Notes under the pieces: model-generated
Seen by the model: only the letters and a program-made list of their open reading frames with translations
The model's database searches: none
Told to the model about the DNA's origin: nothing
Position numbers and translations under genes: made by a program
Part shown: in pieces, positions 48,401-56,221 of the stretch
How positions within the stretch are numbered: position 1 is the first letter of the stretch
Layout of the letters: the number at the start of each line of letters is the position of its first letter
Source: Candidatus Saccharimonadota bacterium
Lineage (GTDB): Bacteria > Patescibacteriota > Saccharimonadia > Saccharimonadales > AWTP1-31
Direction: 5' to 3'
Assembly (NCBI GenBank): GCA_003962975.1
Contig: RXKC01000006.1
Coordinates: 9,788 to 73,787, forward strand
Length of the DNA: 64,000 nt

Positions 48401-51240
48401 ACCGAGTTAAACTCGTTACTAGCTATATTGGGTATAGAATTTTTATCTATCGTCTGCCCGATAACAGGGGTATTGGTAGTGACCCCATCTATCCTCAAGA
48501 TACGGCCGTCCTGTACGGCGCTAGAGTTATGAACCGAGTAATAGCGATTATTAGCCACATCCATACTGCTGTTACTAATACGAATTGGCGCATACCCAGG
48601 CAAGGTTGTATTATTAAGCTCCACTTCACTAGTTAGGGAAGAATAGCCACCGTAGCCGGTATATTTAACACGAAGATAACGAGCTGTTGTAGTACTAAAC
48701 GATGTGTCATGGCTGGTACTAGCTCCGTAATAACTAGCCGCCTGTGCCAAACCGCTAATACTCTTCAGCTGAGTTACTGTTCCGCTGTCGAAAGCCGTGT
48801 TATACACTTTCATTTCCCGAATTCCAAAATGTGTATTAGGTACGTATGTGCTAAGTACTTTTATCCGTACAGACTTTACGGTAGTCTGAGCAAAACTGCT
48901 GAGCTTAGCCATTGATGAGTTATTAGTAACAGTCGCCAGCGTGCTAACACTCCCTGACTCAAACATAGAAGAATACGGCTCAACTTCAAAAATCCTTACC
49001 CCATCAGAACCATTATGATTACCCGATTGTGTAACATGTATCCTTATATACCTACCCGTCACAGGCGAACTAAAAGTCACCCTGTTGTATTGACTCGTAT
49101 TATTCGCTGCAGTATGAGCGGTAGACCAGCTTGAAGCATCATTACTATACTGGACAGTATAGTCTTTAGTTGTGTACCCATACTCTGTCACCCATGATAA
49201 GCCAGCAACTGTCTGCGAGCTGCCCAGGTCTAACTGCAACCATTGTGGGGCGGTAGAGGTAGGAACACCACTTATCCAGCGACTACCTAAATTGTTGTCG
49301 TATGTTTTTTGGGCATTATAATTTGCATCATTGCTGTACAGACTTGATGCCGTTGCTCCAACCACAGTTATTGGGGTCGTCAACGAAGAACTACCCTCGA
49401 TCTCGTAATTCTTCCCACCGCTATTCTGATCATGGAACTGCATATCCACGGCACTAATCTGCTGAGGGCTAGCAAAGCTTAGTTCAAAAAGTGGCCCAAC
49501 TTGGTTCGCAGGAAATCCAGAGTAGAACGAGTTACCAAAGTTATTGTCTATAGCATTATTGCTCAAATGACCTGCGCCATAAGCCCACTGGCTACGCGGG
49601 GTAGCGCTGGTTGCTATATTTGCTGATGTACCCTGAGTGCTAGCTTCTATAGTATAGGCCGAGGGCATATAGCGAACATCCGACCAAAAAAATTGCCTCA
49701 GATGGTTAAAAGTCTTAGCGGAGCCTAGGTCAAACTCTAGCCACTCATCCATTTGATTCGACTGCCCTATATAATGACTACCTAAATTATTGTCGTTGAC
49801 GTTAGTAGCCACCCCTGTCCTAGCCTGCACCTGGGCACCGGCTAGTAAATTTGCCCCTTTGGCACTATTGGCAAATGCATTAATGGTGCTAGCCGAGGGC
49901 GTGACCCTATTTTCCTGAATAATAATCAACCCGTCGTCGGATTCTACGTATATAGTGTTGTTGCCAGCATTGGCGGTAGATGTTCCTTCTGTCACCTTAA
50001 GGCCGGTAAATTTGCGCTTGGGTGGGTCTGGCCCGTGCAGTGGCGCCCAGTCATTACCATAATCTACCGAAGTGGCTGTCCAGCTCCAATCCGCCAACTG
50101 ATTTATGGCTCCATACTTTACCAATATAGCACCGCCCGTACCCATGCCGTTTTCACGTAAGTCGTAATACATGGTACCGTCGCTGGTTAATACGGCTCCC
50201 GTTATAAACCAACCGCCCGGAGAGAGCGCCTTAACAATACTTGGCGTGCCTTGGTCGTCCTTAATAACATGAGCATGAGTACCTGTCGTAACACTGAGGT
50301 ACACCTTGCCAGCAATAGTTATAGTGTTTATCCTCTTGACATCTTGGTCGGTCATGGCCGGGCTGGAAGTAGTCGAGTATCTAGGGGTGCCGAGTGCAGT
50401 GTTATTGCCCAGGCTACTAATCTGCCATCTGTATATCCCACCGTTTTTACCGGCATACAAATAACCATCGGCTACCGCTACTGTTCTAAAGCCACCGCCA
50501 GCCATAATAAACGCCGATCGTTGCCAAGTATCCTGACGGATAACATCGATACCTAGATCGCTGGACACAAAATAATAACTACTGTCCGCCGTTACATCCA
50601 AGATATTGTTGGATTGCAACTGACCATCGGCTACCGAAAAGTTCTTAACTGCGTCACTAAGTTTAAGCCGTAAGTTATTACTGTTAGCCTCTATCTTGCT
50701 GCCATTAAAACTGTAGTCGCCCGGATTGTTAAAGTTCCAGGAAAATCCGGTATCGGCCGCCAGTGTACGAGCCCCCAGCCCAACAAAACTAACCACTGCT
50801 ACCAGTACTATAAGCCCATGCACATGTCCATGATGCAGCCATTTGTACTGCCAACTATGCCACCGGTTGTAAAGGTTGGATCTGTCCATAAGGTGCTGGT
50901 GAGGACGATGAGCTATATGATGATGGGTAGTTCGGTAATGCCTAATAAGCCTACTACCTAGTTTGGTTCTGGCTAGTGGGGCTAGTGCCGGGCGTAGTAG
51001 TTTGCGAACCACTTTTGTAAACAAGGTGATAGCCAAGTTAACAACGTAGGCTAGATGTAACATGAGTTGCAGTAGCCAACACAAGACAGATCGAATCGGA
51101 CGCAGGGCACGTCGTAAGCGAGCTCGTAACAAAACCAATCTAGAACTCGTTATTTTGGAGTCCTGGCTCACCTCTGGTGACGATATCTTTTTAGGCTCTG
51201 AAGTCTTTAGGGGTTGCTTATTACTTTTCATGTTTGGCAA
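45412..51240 (-). CDS. Giant (1942 aa) N-terminally anchored surface protein with discoidin (F5/8 type C)-like and FN3 domains
   Basis: TM LIVLVAVVSFVGLGA. Discoidin-like NLGSRWISG..WLQLDLG..YTVQYSND. FN3 YRIFRSEDNSAFSQI..YYYRVKA. Four C-terminal PAP-N-like FN3 repeats. TTG 51240 and ATG 51231 are both possible starts. Confidence 0.8.
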   Translation of the reverse strand: MPNMKSNKQPLKTSEPKKISSPEVSQDSKITSSRLVLLRARLRRALRPIRSVLCWLLQLMLHLAYVVNLAITLFTKVVRKLLRPALAPLARTKLGSRLIRHYRTTHHHIAHRPHQHLMDRSNLYNRWHSWQYKWLHHGHVHGLIVLVAVVSFVGLGARTLAADTGFSWNFNNPGDYSFNGSKIEANSNNLRLKLSDAVKNFSVADGQLQSNNILDVTADSSYYFVSSDLGIDVIRQDTWQRSAFIMAGGGFRTVAVADGYLYAGKNGGIYRWQISSLGNNTALGTPRYSTTSSPAMTDQDVKRINTITIAGKVYLSVTTGTHAHVIKDDQGTPSIVKALSPGGWFITGAVLTSDGTMYYDLRENGMGTGGAILVKYGAINQLADWSWTATSVDYGNDWAPLHGPDPPKRKFTGLKVTEGTSTANAGNNTIYVESDDGLIIIQENRVTPSASTINAFANSAKGANLLAGAQVQARTGVATNVNDNNLGSHYIGQSNQMDEWLEFDLGSAKTFNHLRQFFWSDVRYMPSAYTIEASTQGTSANIATSATPRSQWAYGAGHLSNNAIDNNFGNSFYSGFPANQVGPLFELSFASPQQISAVDMQFHDQNSGGKNYEIEGSSSLTTPITVVGATASSLYSNDANYNAQKTYDNNLGSRWISGVPTSTAPQWLQLDLGSSQTVAGLSWVTEYGYTTKDYTVQYSNDASSWSTAHTAANNTSQYNRVTFSSPVTGRYIRIHVTQSGNHNGSDGVRIFEVEPYSSMFESGSVSTLATVTNNSSMAKLSSFAQTTVKSVRIKVLSTYVPNTHFGIREMKVYNTAFDSGTVTQLKSISGLAQAASYYGASTSHDTSFSTTTARYLRVKYTGYGGYSSLTSEVELNNTTLPGYAPIRISNSSMDVANNRYYSVHNSSAVQDGRILRIDGVTTNTPVIGQTIDKNSIPNIASNEFNSVKVIDENRMVVGTTDSGASFVGKRYALDAPTIEPNQAYSPAAVASWQSFTESATKNGGEIYYQISNDDGLTYHYWDGASWAPAGSGEYSTAATIDQHIEDFPVGTRDFKWKAYLVSNGSQAIVLNGVDITINPDINPPSDNADNIIMKTGLTGNVIAENAWVSTNSPYFQWSPGQDDNSPGASGVKGYCLYLGPNAAANPASDKGYLGSSQIDTDNACPFAVSSSSLNLATSGLLSTPLASATSPYYIKIKVLDNSNNLYQGASEDFHFRFDNLAPNAPGFVSAPSQFLASRDVTLTWPTTGDQMANDGHSGLLGLQYRIGGEGTWYGVAHNGAQDITDILPNNGSYRTDENIDYPNMIEGNNIVYFRAVDQAGNFSTSYTTAVIKVNTSAPSQPRSVTATPATNVTNSFAFNWAVPNSFVGGASGLKYCYTINTLPTAQTCTFTAAGVTAVPAGPFATQPGENTFYVVAQDEANNINYATYESVKFTANTSAPGIPTNIEIADISTRAIANWKLALSWAAPTDSGAGVANYRIFRSEDNSAFSQIATTAGLSYVDSGLQTAKRYYYRVKACDSANNCGVNGSTVSLIPTGRYTEPAELVARPVVTNITTKRAQVNWSTNRESDSKIAVGKAPGSYFAAEISNSSQVTYHSIELNNLDAGTKYYMVARWTDEDGNTGVSSEFSFTTAPAPVVKEVKTDRVSLSSALLGFTSKDASRAAIHYGKSESLGGEQSVNTSLSESTYNIELTGLDDDTKYFFRVTLYDNEGGEYRGDLYSFTTPARPRISNLHFQPLAGEPTSSQVITWNTNVPTTSLIRLTSTGLAAQELSDSVLKTDHKIVVRGLVDDTEYRLLAESRDAGGNIATSEAQTLRTALDTRPPKISDIVIETSVRGMGAEARGQIVISWKTDEPSTSQVAFAEGSQATGLQNKSAEDTALTTDHVVVISDVSTSKVYSVQPLSADKSKNIGLGGVDTAIIGRASNDVITIVLTTIKGIFGF

Positions 51241-51483
51241 GATTGGCTAGCATTTACTAGGTACTACCCTTTTGCATAATTTAGCGCAGTATTGCCGTCG
51301 AACTGTGTCATCGACACCTCTCCAAAAAAATTGTGATATCGGAGCGATCGATAAACCAGATCAGCCAAACTTCTTACTGCTAATGCTTACAGTATAAAGC
51401 ATAACAGGGTGCTAGAACAAGAAGCTAGCCACGGTAACTGCTTAGTGACAGCTATTGATTTTCGATACACATCATACGTGCCT

Positions 51484-51514
51484 GCAAAACAAGCTAGGCA
51501 CGAGTGCCTAGCTT
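51484..51514 (-). terminator. Intrinsic terminator of the SDR gene (11-bp perfect stem)
   Basis: Plus strand AAGCTAGGCAC-GA-GTGCCTAGCTT (51491-51514), followed on the minus strand by GTTTTG. The stop codon lies in the stem. Confidence 0.7.
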
Positions 51515-52293
51515 AGCAAGGCGCCGCCATCAACAACTATTTGTTCTCCTGTCATATAGCTAGACATAGTGCTGGCCAGGAATAACACGACCTTGCCGAT
51601 GTCGTCTGGCTGACCCATGTGGTGCATTGGGATATTGGCCATAAATGCCTTGATTGCTTCGGGGTCGGCCGGGCCATCGCCTTGCATGGCGGCAACACCC
51701 GGGGTTTGGATGCCGCCAGGTGCAACCGCATTGACCCGAATATTATGCTCGGCCAGCTCTAGGGCAGCGTTCTTAGTAAAGCCCCAGACTCCGTGCTTAG
51801 AAGCGTCGTAGTGAGCTAGGCCAATCATTGACGGATGGATAGCATCGATAGAAGTAATGTTAATAATATTACCCGAACCTTGGCTCTTCATAGCATCACC
51901 TGCGTATTTGGTTGCCAAGAAAACACTGCGCAAGTTTACGTGCATGACTTTTTCGAACAAATCTGAAGCTAACTGAGCAATCGGTACTGGCGGGAAGATG
52001 CCGGCGTTATTTACCAAAATATCGACTGATCCAAATTGCTGAACACAAGACTCTACCATGGTCTTGATATCTGCCTCGCTAGAGACATCTACCTTACGAG
52101 CTACCGCTGCCCAGCCCTTATCGACAATTGTTTGGGCCGTTGCCTGGGCGGCTTCTAGATCAAGGTCTGCAATTAATACCTTGGCGCCAGCTTCTGCCAG
52201 CCGATAGCTAATTCCCTGCCCAATGCCTTTTGCCCCACCAGTAACAATGGCCACCTGGCCTGATAGATCTAATAATTCTTGAATCGAGGTCAT
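51508..52293 (-). CDS. Short-chain dehydrogenase/reductase (SDR)
   Basis: VTGGAKGIGQGI, NNAG, YDASKHG. Confidence 0.85.
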   Translation of the reverse strand: MTSIQELLDLSGQVAIVTGGAKGIGQGISYRLAEAGAKVLIADLDLEAAQATAQTIVDKGWAAVARKVDVSSEADIKTMVESCVQQFGSVDILVNNAGIFPPVPIAQLASDLFEKVMHVNLRSVFLATKYAGDAMKSQGSGNIINITSIDAIHPSMIGLAHYDASKHGVWGFTKNAALELAEHNIRVNAVAPGGIQTPGVAAMQGDGPADPEAIKAFMANIPMHHMGQPDDIGKVVLFLASTMSSYMTGEQIVVDGGALLS

Positions 52294-52712
52294 TTTGTCT
52301 CCTTAGATTTGTTAGCTTCCTTTTGGTATACATCGTTGATCTCTATGTTCAACGATTGGTTAGACAGGACAGTTTCGTAGAATGACACCAAAGTACTGGT
52401 GATCATAGCCACTAGCGACAGTCCAAAAACTAGATTGCCGGCTTGTTGCTTGTCCACAAAGATCAAGAACATAGACAAGCAGGCCATAGCCAAGGCAAAA
52501 GCGCCGATCTCTAACATATAGCGAAACAGTCCAATGCGTTTTTGCATAATCTGGAGTTGTTCAACTACTTGAACGCGTCTATGGCCGGTGCTGTAATCTT
52601 TGGTAATCGTGCGAATAACGCTAGCCGCACCAATATAGCGGTTAACGTAACCCAGCATCAATATTGCGATCGCCGGGAACAGAAGAGCCGGTGTTGTGAT
52701 TGGTATAGTCAT
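52290..52712 (-). CDS. DUF2721-like membrane protein
   Basis: LLFPAIAILMLGYVNRYIGAASVIRTI plus two further TMs. ATGA overlap with the SDR gene. Confidence 0.45.
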   Translation of the reverse strand: MTIPITTPALLFPAIAILMLGYVNRYIGAASVIRTITKDYSTGHRRVQVVEQLQIMQKRIGLFRYMLEIGAFALAMACLSMFLIFVDKQQAGNLVFGLSLVAMITSTLVSFYETVLSNQSLNIEINDVYQKEANKSKETK

Positions 52713-52790
52713 AAAAACAGTCTAGCAAATATTAAATTTGTACTATTGATCTAAGTCACAGACGCGCGGCCAACATGGTATATTTTAGCT

Positions 52791-53423
52791 ATGAGCACCA
52801 CCACCAGAGATAAAGTAGCCAACTTTTTTGCCGATTTCCCGTTGCGCAAAATATCCAAGAATCATGTCTTGGTTCAAGCCGGCGACCAGCTGCCAGGTGT
52901 CATCTTTCTGATTTCTGGGCAAGTGCAACAGTACGACATCACTGATAATGGCGAAAAAGTAGTTGTCAATATTTTCAAGCCGCCGGCGTTCTTCCCAATG
53001 TCTTGGGCAATAAACAAAACACCAAATCAGTATTTCTACGAAGCCGCCAGCGACATACAATGCCGCATTGCTCCGCCGGATAAAACGGTGGCATTTATCC
53101 AAAATAATCCGGATGTCCTTTTCGATCTGCTGTCTCGAGTTTATTCTGGAACAGATGGCCTACTGCGGCGGATGGCTCACCTCATGGGCAGCAGTGCCAG
53201 GTCTAGAATACTTTACGAATTGCAGGTTCAGGCCAAACGTCTTGGCCAGCCGCAAGCCGACGGCTCAATACTGCTAAAAGCTACCGAATCCGACATTGCC
53301 AAACAAACTGGCCTTGCCAGAGAAACAATCAGCCGTGAACTAGCCAAACTAAGACACCTCGTCACGGTGAACCACGGTGGTATCACTATCAAAGATATCA
53401 ACCTACTCCAGGACGAAATATAG
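52791..53423 (+). CDS. Crp/Fnr-family transcriptional regulator (second copy)
   Basis: cNMP-binding-like barrel and HTH ESDIAKQTGLARETISRELAKLRHLV. ATG lies 6 nt after TGgTATATT (52779-52784). Confidence 0.75.
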   Translation: MSTTTRDKVANFFADFPLRKISKNHVLVQAGDQLPGVIFLISGQVQQYDITDNGEKVVVNIFKPPAFFPMSWAINKTPNQYFYEAASDIQCRIAPPDKTVAFIQNNPDVLFDLLSRVYSGTDGLLRRMAHLMGSSARSRILYELQVQAKRLGQPQADGSILLKATESDIAKQTGLARETISRELAKLRHLVTVNHGGITIKDINLLQDEI

Positions 53424-53472
53424 CCACCCCAAACCGGGTGGCTATAGCGAGAGGCTCTAAGGTAGGTCAAAT

Positions 53473-54132
53473 CTAGCAAGCAAATTTTTCGTCGTTACTG
53501 CAAGAGCGATTCAGAAATTCTTTGCTGGGAGCCAAGTCGCCCGGCTGACTGCCGGTTACTATATAGTTGTTAATGTCGTATACCTCTCCGGGGCTATTCC
53601 AAATATGATGCTGCTGCGCCCAGTCATTGTAGCCAACACTCAACTCTTTGACCGAAATACCATGCTTAGATAATTCCTGCCCGGTCTTCCTGCCCAGCAT
53701 GCAGGCGTAAGAGTAGCAGTACACAATGGCGTAGCTACGACGCTCTTTATTCCCCTCCTCTAGTGCTTTACGGAACTTGGCTATCGTCTCGGGCTTGCCA
53801 TCAAAAGGTATATTTATGGCCCCTCTAATATGGCCGCGCGCATAATCTTCTGCCGAACGCACGTCAATCAACACAAAATCAACCTGGCCCTTGTCCATGT
53901 TCAACCTCATAGTATGTGGGCTAACCAGAGTGGCTGACTCGCTATAATAATAGTCTTGCCGCAAGGCTTCGGCTGACTTCAAATCGGTTCGTAAATCTCG
54001 CTTTGCTATTTCTGACTCCAAGCTTTTTGCCCGCGACTCATAACGGCCAAGCAGCAAAACATTGCTAGCCAGCAACACTACTCCAACAACTACCAGCCCA
54101 AACAGCTTAAAGTTTAATTTTAACTTTGGCAT
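53473..54132 (-). CDS. Membrane-anchored rhodanese-domain protein
   Basis: N-terminal TM. VLIDVRSAEDYARGHIRGAINIP and active-site-loop-like IVYCYSYACMLGRK. Confidence 0.65.
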   Translation of the reverse strand: MPKLKLNFKLFGLVVVGVVLLASNVLLLGRYESRAKSLESEIAKRDLRTDLKSAEALRQDYYYSESATLVSPHTMRLNMDKGQVDFVLIDVRSAEDYARGHIRGAINIPFDGKPETIAKFRKALEEGNKERRSYAIVYCYSYACMLGRKTGQELSKHGISVKELSVGYNDWAQQHHIWNSPGEVYDINNYIVTGSQPGDLAPSKEFLNRSCSNDEKFAC

Positions 54133-54182
54133 TGATTCTCCTTTTATCTGGCTAAGTATACAAATAATTCGCGGCCAACACT

Positions 54183-54611
54183 GTGATTTACATCAAACCC
54201 TTGACGCCCTGCTTTGACACCACTCAGTCGTCTAACCAAGTCAATCTAGTGTTTAGCACCGACCTTAAGCCCGAACAAGTTAAAGCTCAGAAGTATAACC
54301 CTACTACCAAAGCCTTTGGAGATGTAGCTGGTGCTAGTGTTAGTCAAACTACCAAAGATGGTAAGCCAGCTCTGCAGCTTAGTTACACTATTGACGATAA
54401 TGGCTCACTAGACTTAGACCCAACCATAGGTAAGATTACTGACCCTGTTGGTTTGTCTATGACCAACCAGAGCTATGGTAACCTAGCGACTACTGGTATT
54501 CGTGCTCCTCATGTACTGTTGACTACCATAGCTCTGGGCGCTGCTGCTACCGCCTACAGGCTTAAGACCAATACCATGAATAGGCGAGCTAGGTTTGTGG
54601 TTAGGAGTTAG
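54183..54611 (+). CDS. Orphan C-terminal sorting-signal module (LATTG + TM + basic tail) without a signal peptide; possible gene remnant
   Basis: GTG start 5 codons after an in-frame TAA. DDNGSLDLDPTIGKITDPVGL, then NLATTG..LLTTIALGAAATAY..RRARF. No N-terminal hydrophobic segment. Confidence 0.4.
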   Translation: MIYIKPLTPCFDTTQSSNQVNLVFSTDLKPEQVKAQKYNPTTKAFGDVAGASVSQTTKDGKPALQLSYTIDDNGSLDLDPTIGKITDPVGLSMTNQSYGNLATTGIRAPHVLLTTIALGAAATAYRLKTNTMNRRARFVVRS

Positions 54612-54775
54612 GCGGTTGGCTTGCAGCCGAAGATTAGTTGCCCAAAAAACTTGATTCGTTTCTGAGCACTGTATATACTTTAAGGGTAAGCACTTACCTC
54701 GGGGTTGTAAGTGAATGTTTATTTCTGCCGTGGCGGGATGAAGAAAGTGAAAGTTATTAAGAAGCTAAAGAAAAA

Positions 54776-56221
54776 ATGCGACGGATAGCTAGGCTGCTTA
54801 GACCACAGCGCAAACATGGCTCGCTTTATTTAACGTATAGCCTACCGGCAACAGGCAGTATTAAGAGTCGCTTTAGTCCAGCTTCGATAACGGCCACAAT
54901 TTGTTTGCTACTAACATTGGCCGGTTTATCGCCGATTGCTGTGGATAGCAGCAATGTGCCGTCAGCCCTGGCTGCAGACGAAGAAGAACCCTACTCGATA
55001 TTTATTATTGCCGGACAATCGTTGGCAGCCGGGGTGGCTGCCTACCGAGCAGAGCTACCAACCGGAACTGGGTTTGGCAACCAAGATCACCCTGGTGACA
55101 CTGCCACGCAGTTCTGGTGGGCTGGGTCTAATGGCGAGGGATTAACTGATGCTCAAATTGCTGCCTTCTTTCCCTTCTATAATTCTCCTGGCCAGATGGG
55201 CTGGGCTTATTCTGGAGGGGCCGGTAATGCTGCGCCCGGGTCGACTCGCTTACTAAACGATATAAATGGCTCGCAGGTCGTCAACGCTGGCTCACAAAGC
55301 TCGGGTATGTTTGGCCCAGAGTTTGGCGTAGCCCGAACTTTGCACGATATGGGTCGTCGAAAAGTAATTATCCTAAAAGTAACCTATGGCTTTCAGTCGC
55401 TGGGTCAGTCCAGCTCACCAATTATTCCTTTTGATTGGAATGTCAATTCTACTAGTGGCGACCCTAATCGACCAAAAAGCTACACCCAGCTCAAAAATCA
55501 ATTCGATCAGCTAACTAACCATCTGCGATCCCAGGGGAAGAAGTATACCGTCGATGGTATATTCTGGATGCAAGGCGAAACCGACACCCTCCAGAATGAG
55601 TACGCAGCTGCCTACCAACAGAACCTTACCGACCTTGTAAATAAGGCTCGCCAGGATCTACAGTTACACCCCTACGGACATTTTGTGATCGGCAAGACCA
55701 ATATGGACTACTGTATAGAACATTCCTGGCCACGCTATAACGACTACTGCGACTATCCTTCGGCCAGTTCGATTGACCCGCCTCAGTTTGTTAACTTAAC
55801 GACCTTTATGATTGACCCGGTCATGCCAGCTAGGCTAGCCCAGGTAAGAGCCGCTCAACAGGCAGTTGCCGATGCCGACCAAAACACCACCCAAAAAGTT
55901 GATATTGTCGAAACGGCAGACCTTCCAAGAGGGCTCGACTTTACCCACTTGAACGCACCCGGGCAAATAGAGCTTGGTCGTCGCTTTGCTAGCATGTACC
56001 GTTTACCGCTACGCTTTACCGACAGCCGAGCTACCGACTTTGATAGTGATGGCGCACTGAATAACCTAGAAGATACTGGCCGTGGAGCAAGCTGTCCATT
56101 AGTAGTTGCTGGTCAGACTATCAATGCTGCTGGCAATGGCAATCTAGGAGATGACGACAGCGACTGTGATAACTTCCCTAACTACCTAGACAATGTTAAC
56201 GGGCCAGGAAGTGGACTATGA
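54776..56221 (+). CDS. Secreted SASA-type carbohydrate esterase (sialate O-acetylesterase-like) with a TSP3-like Ca-binding C-terminus
   Basis: IFIIAGQSLAAG and IFWMQGETD. C-terminal DFDSDGALNNLED and GDDDSDCDNFPNYLD. Confidence 0.55.
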   Translation: MRRIARLLRPQRKHGSLYLTYSLPATGSIKSRFSPASITATICLLLTLAGLSPIAVDSSNVPSALAADEEEPYSIFIIAGQSLAAGVAAYRAELPTGTGFGNQDHPGDTATQFWWAGSNGEGLTDAQIAAFFPFYNSPGQMGWAYSGGAGNAAPGSTRLLNDINGSQVVNAGSQSSGMFGPEFGVARTLHDMGRRKVIILKVTYGFQSLGQSSSPIIPFDWNVNSTSGDPNRPKSYTQLKNQFDQLTNHLRSQGKKYTVDGIFWMQGETDTLQNEYAAAYQQNLTDLVNKARQDLQLHPYGHFVIGKTNMDYCIEHSWPRYNDYCDYPSASSIDPPQFVNLTTFMIDPVMPARLAQVRAAQQAVADADQNTTQKVDIVETADLPRGLDFTHLNAPGQIELGRRFASMYRLPLRFTDSRATDFDSDGALNNLEDTGRGASCPLVVAGQTINAAGNGNLGDDDSDCDNFPNYLDNVNGPGSGL

